Below, piece after piece: positions 1-64,000 of a stretch of 64,000 bases of DNA (position 1 is its first letter; each line of letters opens with the position of its first letter). A program made the position numbers and the translations under genes. A model generated the notes under the pieces. That model did no database searches, was not told where the DNA came from, and saw nothing but the letters and a program-made list of their open reading frames with translations. Origin of the DNA: Amoebidium appalachense (lineage: Eukaryota > Protista > Ichthyosporea); contig CAVNZM010000012.1 in NCBI GenBank assembly GCA_963693365.1, positions 434,001-498,000 on the forward strand, in the 5' to 3' direction.

Positions 1-8
1 GTATTTAT

Positions 9-39
<31 letters not shown>

Positions 40-322
40 AGGAGAAGGGGGAGGGAACGGAGGGTGGTTATGCTGTATGTGGAGTGGGGCTGGGGGACGA
101 GGTGGGTTTGGGAATAGTGGGTTGTGGGGTTGCACTCTTCTTTTTTGGGGGGGGGTGTGGGGGAAGGGGGGGGGGGAGGAGGGAGGGGGCGGGGGAGAGA
201 GATAGAGAGAGAGTGTGTGTGTGTGTCTGGGGACGTTTCACTTTGCATATGTGTGAAGGGGAAGTTTTGTTACACGAAGGGAAAGCAGGCACACCCCTCC
301 TTTCTTTCTTTCCTTCTTTCTT

Positions 323-358
<36 letters not shown>

Positions 359-383
359 TTGATTGAACATAACTCTATTTCAG

Positions 384-1693
384 AGCATTCCCAAGTGTGT
401 GTTCCCCGGCGGTGCCCTCATCGGTTGTACGGCTGGCTTCCTCAACGTGCCCAAGATCAAGGGTAAGTCCCCCCAGCCATTCTTTCCTTAATATTTGCGT
501 GTGGGATCTGCATAGTGATGGGGATAGATGTGTGCTTGTGGGATATACAGGGTGATGGGGATATATGGGTGTGCCTGTGGGATATGCATGGATGAGGATA
601 TATGGGTGTGCCGGTGGGATATGCATATATGGGCATATGAGTGTGCCTGTGGGATATGCATAAACGGGGATATGTGGGTGGTGCCTGTGGGATACGCAGG
701 ATGATAGAGATATATGGGTGTTTCTTTCCCGATATGCGGACCAGTGATATGATGAATGGATGTACACTGACTGTTTCCCGACTGCAGGCACGCACTTGGC
801 CATGAAGACGGGTATGATTGCTGCCGAGTGTGCTTTCGACGCTATCACCAACGGCACAGACATCCATCTCGACTCCGGGTACGTGCCTTGCTTCCCTTGT
901 ACAATGGAAGAAGACACCACACACCATGCACACACACCGGCATGCCACACAAACACATGTTCGACATCCAAGTCCTTGGATCTGATATGTCTGGTTGCTT
1001 TAGGTAGTTGCATGCCCACAGGCACATCCCCAATCTAATCAATGCAAGTGCCTGGCTGTTGTTGGACTTCCCCCCCCCCCCCCCCCCCCCTCCCCCTCCC
1101 CCCTCCCCCCTCTCCCCCCCGCCCCAATCAATTAGTGAATGGTGTGCTGAATGGAGGTAACCAGGGCTATTCAACTGGACTCTTACGATGAACGGCTCAA
1201 GAACTCCTCCGTCTACCAGGAACTCAAGGTGAACATGACCCCCTATTTTTTTACCAAGCATGCACATGTTCGTATCTCGCGTTGCGTTGCTATAGCTCTT
1301 TGAGAAGAAGGAAACACGGATGAATGCTCTCAACAATCGTACTGCGCTGTCATGATATTCTTTCTGACTTGGTGTTTGGCACAGGGCGTTCGCAATGTTC
1401 GGCCAGCGTTCAACACGCCCTTGGGTCTGTACGGTGGGCTACTCTACACTGGTGTTGTGCACTATCTGCTGAGGGGCAAGGAGCCCTGGACCCTGCAGCA
1501 CCACGGCCCTGACTCGGAGGCCCTGCTGCCCGCCAAGGAGTGCGCACCCATCGAGTATCCCAAGCCCGACAACAAGCTCAGGTAGAAATTGGGTCCTGCA
1601 GATCGTCCTTGCATGTGGGGTGTGTGGGTGTTGTGGTGGTGTCGGGGGTTTGGGCTGGGCTTGGGCTTGGGGTGTGTGTTCGAAGGGGGAAGA

Positions 1694-1725
<32 letters not shown>

Positions 1726-2124
1726 TGTCAAAGAGAGTGAGTGAGAGAGATTGTGTTAAATGGAGGGGGGGGGGGGGGGGGGGGGGGTCGGTTACACGGT
1801 GTTTGCAGGCGCAAGCAGAACCATCTTTTTAATTTGAGGGCGGGAGGAAGGGGGAGGGGGGGGGGGGGGGGGACGGAGAAGTGTTGAGTTGTTTGTAGCC
1901 CGGGGGTTGCAGTGTAGAATGGCGTGTCTCCAAGTGTTATAGATGCTCTGTGTAGCAGATAGTAAGCATACTTGCACGGTGGGTGACTGGTGTGGAGACT
2001 GACCAGGTTCCCCCCAGCTTCGATCTGCTGTCCAGTGTGGCGCTTAGCGGCACCAACCATGACCACAACCAGCCCCCACACCTGACCCTCAAGGTACACA
2101 TCCCCACTAATGCCCCTCCTACCT

Positions 2125-2161
<37 letters not shown>

Positions 2162-2449
2162 TCAAGCGCACGTGGTCACCATGAGCAGGAACACACACAT
2201 GTACGGAATGCACGGCATGCACGTTCCTGCTGCACTGCAGGCCTTTGGTGCGATTCATGAAAGAATGTACCGTTCACATGTGCTAAGCTGTACCTTGTTT
2301 TCCCCATGTGCCTGCTATCTGACCTACCGTGTGTTTGCAGGACGACAGTGTGCCTGTGCAGAAGAACCTTGCCATCTACGATGGCCCCGAGCAGCGCTAC
2401 TGCCCGGCCGGCGTCTACGAGTTTATCGACACTGAGGTGCATCCTCCTC

Positions 2450-2481
<32 letters not shown>

Positions 2482-3311
2482 TTCCCCTCCACACCGAACA
2501 CTGATCCACTCACTTGCTTACATCAGCTTTCAATTGAATATTGTGTTTTTATGTACATGTTTCCCGCTGTGAACCTCGCTGCCATGAAGCTTTCCTGGGA
2601 GCGGTTGCCTGTTGTCATGGCCACACCACGTGCACACACTGACACTGTGGGTGGGCCACAGCAAGGCAAGCGGCTGCAGATCAACGCTCAGAACTGCGTC
2701 CACTGCAAGGTAACCCCCCCCCCCTCGGGTACTGTGGATGACGTGGGCCCCCCCTGAGGATGGGCTCTGCTTATTATGCATACTCTTTATGTATGGCTTG
2801 CATTCTGCATCGTGTTATCCGTTTGTTCTTGTGTACTTCGTACTTTTTAACGCATTCAAACCCCCCCCCCCCCCCCCCCCCCTCCTTTTCACAACAACAA
2901 CAAAAAAAAGGCATGCAGAGAGATAAGGCATAAAACAGACATGTGTTCATGCCTAGGACCAGCACACCAGCACCACCACTTTTGCCCGACCCCTTCAGAA
3001 AACAACACACACACACACAAGTATTAGTGTGTGTAGGTGTGTAACCCCTGCACACCTGCACCCCCGCACCATTTCACTTCTACACAGGCAAAGGGCACGA
3101 AGGCAGAAGCTATGAAACACACGTGGACAACTCTTGGAGCAAACGTATTGCCAGGGGTAGCACGTTCCTAGTAGCACCCGTTTCGATGCGCATTACATTT
3201 CGGGCACTGACCTATTTTTTGGTACAGACGTGCGACATCAAGGACCCATCTCAAAACATCGACTGGGTGGTACCCGAGAGCGGCGGCGGCCCTGCATACA
3301 ACGGCATGTAA
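384..3311 (+). CDS. ETFDH: Electron transfer flavoprotein-ubiquinone oxidoreductase, 3' portion (8 exons; 5' part lies before the window)
   Basis: GT-AG exons 384-462, 788-878, 1165-1228, 1385-1581, 2018-2093, 2341-2436, 2662-2709, 3228-3311 join in frame: [40 protein letters not shown]...[36 protein letters not shown]...RYCPAGVYE...[37 protein letters not shown]. These include the hallmark ETF-QO motifs and 4Fe-4S cysteines. Confidence 0.97.
500..720. repeat. Degenerate minisatellite in an ETFDH intron
   Basis: Recurrent gtgcctgtgggatatgcat...gatatatggg units. Confidence 0.7.
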
Positions 3312-4986
3312 GCCCTGAGTATGGGAGTATCCTTATAATATATATATTAGCCTGAAGACTATAGATGGCAGGGGCACCCTGCCACTGTGAATGACATAGT
3401 CGGGAGATAGTTGAGTGTACAGTATTGCACAGCCCGTGTGCCAGGGGTGCTGGGTCACCCTTAGTGTTGTGTTGTAACACGGCTCTTGTTGATTATGTTT
3501 GTGGTCCTTGTTTACAAAGCTTTCCGAATTGGTTTGATTTTTCCTTCGTAATATGGTGATTAATTGATTGATGCAAATTTTTTGTTGCAGGCTTGCAGCT
3601 TAATTTCAGACATGTACGTATATACCGGGTATTCTATGTAGTAGTTGTTGATAGAGACAAGCTGTGGCAGTTGCTGGCAGGGCATTGCCAACGATCATAG
3701 CGGAATATACGCGAATCATGGTGCCATTTGTCACCAATGAAACATGGCAGCCATAATACTGAAACAATATTGATTAAGGCCGAATGCCTCAGAAGGTAAG
3801 TTATTTGAGTGCATGAATGCCCGTATCGTCCGGGCTTGGCCAAGTGCATTGCTTTCTCTTAACTATTATATCGGACGCTTATGTATGGCACACACCGTGG
3901 GCTAAAGTGGTTATCTGTATCCTGGTCACTTGAACATGGCCATGGACATTATAACACGAACAACGAACAGGAGCTCTGTCACATGCGCATGCACGGCACC
4001 AGCCTGGCACGATCGCGATGACCACCTGGCATGGTCCGACATGAGTACCGTTCAAATACTGTGTGTCTCGGTCAAGCCATGCTTGTAATCCTGATCGGGC
4101 TGTGCCAACACACAATTCGCGTGATAAACACGCACACAAACTGTGCAAACAAGGCGGTTTTCACTCGTTTTTTTATTCTGTTGCCAAGCGTACGGTGTGC
4201 GCTCAGGGGGGACTATCTGCCCTGGGAATTGCGTAATCATCGTGGATAGGGGGAACTCTCCCAAGCCATCTGGTTTGGGGTGTGTCCTGAATTTACCAAA
4301 AAACTCCAAGAACATTACTATAAATATTTCAAACCAATGCTACGCCTAAGGAACATCGATTTCAATGATACAAAGAGGTGAGATAGACACATATAAATAA
4401 AGGGAAAAAAATAACATAAAACAGATAAATAAAGGGAAAACAATAATTTAAACCCCAAGTATATTGTTTTCGTGTATATTTTTGGTATTGATTCTAAGAG
4501 GTAAATGCATGAATGAGTATGAAAACGACTCTTCTTGTCGTTCTTGAAGTGGCAGGTAGAATTCCCAAAGTTGCACACATGTGTCCCGCAATAAAAAAGT
4601 TTATAGGGATTAAAAAGGTGCGCTATGGACCAACCCAATCCGCCGGTGATCTTGGGGGATCTGCCTTCGTACTGGCCGGCTGCAACGCGCTAACCGGCAT
4701 GCCCAGGCTCACGTCTGGGCTCACGCTGGTTTTGCTTTTTCGTCGCAAAATGTTTGCTTGGTAATAGAGGCTTAGACACACAGAGGGGTGATATAATGTT
4801 ATACCATAGTGTGCCTCAAGGGTTGGCATACTTCACTCTCGCAGAAAAATAGCAGTGGTCTATGCTTCTAATAACAAATACTAGAATACTAGCTTGCTAT
4901 TCAGTACAGGGTGGGACTTAGGCTGGGTTTGGTAGCCGTCAGTCCATAGTGTAGGTAGGGCCGCTGCCCTTAGCAGCCCGCTAAAA

Positions 4987-28146
<23,160 letters not shown>

Positions 28147-28249
28147 GGCGGGTGGGTAAGTCGATGGATGGATGGGTGGATGGGTGTGGTGGGAAGGTGC
28201 ATGTGTGCGTGCCTGTGGGCGTGTGTGAGTGGTTGTTGGTGGTGGTGGT

Positions 28250-28284
<35 letters not shown>

Positions 28285-29464
28285 ATGTAGCCGCAGCCAA
28301 ATGGTTGTGGGTGCAGAAATGGGCGTCAGCTGAAGACGCCGTTTGTTCATTTTTTTTTTGTGTGTGTGTGGTGAGGAGTGGCGGTTGTGGGGGGAGGATA
28401 TTGTTCTAATCATTACTGCTCACGTGCAGGCGAGGAACACCCATATCTTCAGAATGTTAACCAGTTGTACATCATCGCATTTGGGTGGTTACCTCTCCCT
28501 CCAGCCGGTCAATAACATACACACATGTAACGGTGTAGATAACAGAGGGTTTTCCTACTCTGTTTCCTTTTCTAATTTGTTGTTTGGGGGTTTTTCCCAT
28601 TAGACCCATGCACTGTGTGCAGTGGAAGAAGAATATATTTATGCAAATCATGTAGGTCCCAGTTTTTTTTTATATATCTTGATGTGTGAAAATACTATAC
28701 CGACACCATATAAAATTTTGTTTCAGGTCTCGTGATGACAAGCGCTTGAGACATAAATAATTGATGTAGAGACTAGAACTGTTGTGAGTGCTGAAGTGCA
28801 GGCCCCACTTCTGTGTAAAAGCTGGTAGATCTAACATGCAAGTATATACAGTAATATAAGTCATCAAGCCCAGGCACATCGAGACGTAATATGCATTGAG
28901 TCAATGAATAAAGCGCCAGGCCCGAGTTTGAATATCCCGGAAGGTTTACGTAGCCTAGTGGGTTGGTTCATACATACCAGGATATGTTGGCCATGCATGC
29001 CATACCAGAATCATCAAGGCGTTTGTTGAGAAAAAACTCCTGGGTGGAGACAACCCCAAATCACGCTGTGTAAGTCAATTCTGTGGCCCCTCCGGCATCC
29101 AATGACAGAAAGGGGGTGGATGGCCACTGAAGTTTATCTGTACATATCACGATAATCACAGAAGATATTTATCCATTCATAGATACCGGGATATTTATAC
29201 ATTCATACATGTACAGGAAAGTTTATCCATACATGCAGGGTTTTTGTGTTTTACCCATATATTCCAGCATACTTTCTCCATACACTCAGTCAAACTGCAT
29301 ACAATCTTGGGCATGAATTCCCTACAAGTCACAAAACCTGCCTGCATTCCGAATCCTCTAAAAGTCCCAACTGTACCCACACACTCCACTCTGAAGAACA
29401 CATGACTAAGCCAGGCCCTCCAGCATGCCCATAATGACGATAGCACCATATTTAGCACAACGTG

Positions 29465-39057
<9,593 letters not shown>

Positions 39058-39847
39058 GCTGCCAATTGAGACCAGATCTAGAGGTTAGATTTCTTACTCG
39101 AGAAAGTCCTCGCGTGAATTTGTCCGTGTGCTTATGGTGTGGTACAGCATGCGAATAAGTGCATTAATAAGTTTCCAACAGATATCTGGAGCAAACCCAG
39201 CTTTTCTCACAAACTTAATGCAAACCTACGTGCACTAAAACCGGTGAAAGTGTGCGTGCGGGCTGCTTTACAGTGCATGTATGGCGCAACTGAACAAGAG
39301 CACGAATTGACTGAGCCACCTTGTCCCCGTGACCTGATGGCTCCTAGACTTCGAGCCAATCAAAATCAGCTTTTACGCGCCATCTACTTTTTGGGAGCAA
39401 GCTGATTGGCGTAGAGGTTGAGAGCAGCAATCCCCCGCAACCCGCGGGGACGGGATCTACGTCGGCACGCGCCTCTTGCTGCAGCTCGAAAACAGAGTTG
39501 CACTTCAGTATGCAAGCACCCAACTTGAACAACGCTTTACTAACACCCCGTTATGAAAGTTGTGCACGCTGATGTTGTAGACAGAAGGTAGGGGCTTCTC
39601 TGTTTCTCTTTACAGCAGCTTACACCTTCGGCATTTGGAGTGTTTTCACAGTGACGAAGTGTGTCGGGGCTTCCGAAATCGAACCCTACAACCATCAGGC
39701 TTTCTCACTTTCTCACAGCCGACTTCCTCGCCATCTGCACCTTTAGAAGCATTCCGCACCGGTAGGTTGCTGTTATTCTTCAGATGTGCGGAATGCTCCT
39801 AAAGGTGCAGGTGGCGAGGAACAGGGCAGGAGGTAAACATAGTCCAT

Positions 39848-40065
<218 letters not shown>

Positions 40066-40131
40066 CCCGCTTTCGATCTGTGTTGTCATAACACTGGTTC
40101 GTTAACTTATTACCGACTTCACTCTCTCCAG

Positions 40132-40495
40132 TTGGAATCACCCGAATACGGCAGGTTTTTCTACAACTGCGAGCACGCGCAGTCCAAGGTCAACCTGGCC
40201 TATAACGGACTTGACAAAATAACCATATCGGGAACTATTGTGTGCTGTCCTTCGTTGACCTTGCCAGCCGAATGCACACAATTTATCGCCGCTGGTGGTG
40301 GTGTGTGTTCGATGTCTTTTACCTACACGGAACCCTACCCTAGTTGCAAACACAGCGGCACAACTGGGTGGAGGCACGGTTACCTGCCAGAGTGAAACCA
40401 TCACTTACACCGGGAAGACAAACACTGATATCAAGGGCACGTTGTGCTTTCTCCAAGCGAGGGAGTCAAGGGGGAAAACGGGGAAGGATGGCTAA
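40132..40495 (+). pseudogene. Coding-like segment of unknown function, apparently frameshifted (pseudogene or sequencing error)
   Basis: High-complexity island after a cag acceptor. Two overlapping frames give FFYNCEHAQSKVNLAYNGLDKITISGTIVCC...CSMSFTYT and NPTLVANTAAQLGGGTVTCQSETITYTGKTNTDIKGTLCFLQA; no family recognised. Confidence 0.35.
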
Positions 40496-41144
40496 TGCAC
40501 GGAGCGGATATGAAGCTTAGTGATTGGCTGTTTAGGGCTGTGTGTGTTTGAGGCTGTGCATACGACTCCATGATAACTGAAATATGCGAAAGTTCAGAAT
40601 GTGTTTTCCGGTAAGACATGTTTGAGAATTCCTGGGGGGGGGGGGGGGGGGGGGGAATGTGCTGTTTATTAACGACGTACATCTGAAGGTGTGGTGGGGA
40701 GTTGCCAACAGTACTTCCACCCAACAAGATATATATGTAGATCACTAGTCAGAGTCATTGCTACAAGACTATAGTATATATGTGGAGATATAACCTCTTT
40801 TTCTTCTTTCTTTCTTTTTTTTTTCGTTTTCCTGTACTCCAACAGTGGCAATATTTAATGATAACAGCGCTGCAAATAAAATCGGGCAAATCCTTCACGT
40901 ATCTGGCACTCGGAAATAAGCTGTCGAAATGGAGACCGAGAAAAAAAAAAATCATCGGATTCGTTTCCTCTTTCCCTCTTTCCCTCTCTTTCTCTCTCTC
41001 TCTCCCCCTCTCCCTCTCTCCCTCTCTCCCCCTCTCCCTCTACTCTCCCTCTACTCTCCCTCTCTCCCTATCTCCTTGTCTCTCTCTTTCTCTTTTGCTC
41101 AGCTTCGAATTCTCCCCCCCCCCCCCCTCCCCCCCCTCCCCCCC

Positions 41145-41368
41145 CCCCCGAGCCAATTAATGCAGTCACCCCCCCCCCCCCCCCCACCCCCCCCCCCCCC
41201 GATCCCCCCACTCTCCCCCTTCTGTGCTGCGCTGTCCTGTGTGCCCTGTGTACTCTTGTTAGGCATTCCAGCCCCCCCCCCCCCCCCCCCCCTCCCTCCC
41301 CTCCCCCTGTCACCACCTCCATAATTCCAACCCTCATCACCCCCCCCCCCCCCCCCCCCCCCCTCCCC

Positions 41369-41403
<35 letters not shown>

Positions 41404-41529
41404 GGCCCCACGTCGTGACTGCACCAAAAAAAAATCAAACAACAAAAAAAAAAAAACCGGGGAACCCAACTATTGATCCCCCCGAGCCAATTAATGCAGT
41501 CATCCCCCCCCCCCCCCTCCTCCCCCCCC

Positions 41530-41560
<31 letters not shown>

Positions 41561-41680
41561 CCACCAATCCCCCCACTCCCCCCTTCTGTGCTGCGTTGTC
41601 CTGTGTGCCCTGTGTACTCTTGTTAGGCATTCAACCCCCCCCCCCCCCCCCGTCCCCACCTCCATAATTCCAACCTCATT

Positions 41681-41740
<60 letters not shown>

Positions 41741-41812
41741 ACACTAGTCCCACGCCGTGTCTGCATCCAAAAAAACAAAAAAAAACAAAAAACGAGGAAC
41801 CCAACTATTGAT
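41145..41812. repeat. Tandem duplication of a ~335-bp intergenic segment
   Basis: Both copies contain ccgagccaattaatgcagtca...ttctgtgctgcg.tgtcctgtgtgccctgtgtactcttgttaggcattc...cacctccataattccaacc...ggaacccaactattgat. Confidence 0.9.
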
Positions 41813-42485
41813 GATATAGGATACCCAGAGCCCCATACCGAGCCTCTAATTAGTATCGGAAGTGGAGCTCACGGCCATCTCGAATTCTATTTTTAGTTGC
41901 ACCCCCCACTGTACAAGACACAAAAGAGACAAACTAGCCACACAAAAATAGTTACACAATCCTGATCACTGGGCAGCATCAGGCATCACCGAGGAGTCCA
42001 CTCCAAGTGCGCAGCTGTGGTCGAGCCCCCTTTATGTACAAGTTACTCAAATATAAAAAGTTTGCAAAAAGATTGCTTTATGAAACAAATTTAAAACTGC
42101 AACGTTAACGGTGTTCAAGAGTCCGTCTATCTACCACATCTCAGCCTACCAGCTGCCGGGCCCGGGGTGCTTCGACAAGGCTTCGAGATTACGTAGGCAC
42201 GTACAGATCTTCATGACTTTAAACATTATAAGCTATAGAATGCCTTTTATTTCAAGGCTGGTAGCAAATAGGGAGATTTAAACCAATAGTATTAATGATA
42301 TAAATAATGCAGTTTGTGAGCCTCTGGGCACTTCTATGACGCACCCTAATATTTATTTTAGATTTCTCTGCAAAAGTTTGGCCTCCCCAGCTTCAACGGG
42401 GTGACCGTAACGAAAACATAACAGGCAGTGTAGGTATTGTAGAAGATTCAGGGGGAAATTGTATTCGTGTAAGTTTGTAACCAAC

Positions 42486-63706
<21,221 letters not shown>

Positions 63707-64000
63707 GTAAGCCTGTCCGTTATGTGGGTGTGCTGTGTTGTCTTGCATTTATTTCGGTCCCCGGCTGGGGAGGGGGGGGGGGGGGGGAAGATATAATTAG
63801 AAGCTATTTCAAGCCACTTGGCCCAAGGCTGATGAGGGTTGATGCACACTTGAGGTCAAAGGGGGCGACATGGCCAAAGGGGGTGGGGGGGGGGGGGGGA
63901 GGGGGGAGGGGGACCTCGGGGGGGGTGGGAGGGTTTATCAGCAAAAGTAAAACAGTGGTGGTCAGGGGGGAGGGGGGGTGCGGGTGTGGGGGTTGGGGTG

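Noticed and set aside
4620-4745. GC-rich hairpins followed by a T-rich tract upstream of the formin (possible ncRNA)
   Set aside because: No match to snRNA, SRP, tRNA or vault RNA motifs that I can recognise; more likely promoter/UTR sequence.
28918-28965. tRNA A-box-like gtagcctagtgg near a B-box-like motif
   Set aside because: The motifs are in the wrong order and no cloverleaf forms.

Overview
Intron-rich eukaryotic genomic DNA. The gene content suggests a unicellular opisthokont/holozoan-type protist, but the organism cannot be identified from sequence alone. Nearly all supplied ORFs are artefacts of poly-C/poly-G and (CA)n/(TG)n tracts; the genes were reconstructed by hand from short exons. 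Four multi-exon genes are supported: (1) the 3' part of ETF-ubiquinone oxidoreductase (+, 384-3311); (2) a ~32-exon Diaphanous-related formin (+, 4987-28093) with an N-myristoylation motif and an in-frame, phase-symmetric exon encoding a CBM25-like starch/glycogen-binding module inside the FH2 domain; (3) a class IIa-like histone deacetylase (-, 29465-~39057) fused to a Tudor/chromo-barrel domain and retaining the catalytic Tyr; (4) a vault PARP/PARP4 orthologue (+, 42486 to beyond the window end). Introns carry long homopolymers, microsatellites, two MITE-like inverted-repeat elements and several minisatellites that tandemly amplify the branch point/3' splice site. Two single-base homopolymer frameshifts in formin exons point to long-read consensus errors, so homopolymer lengths are unreliable.
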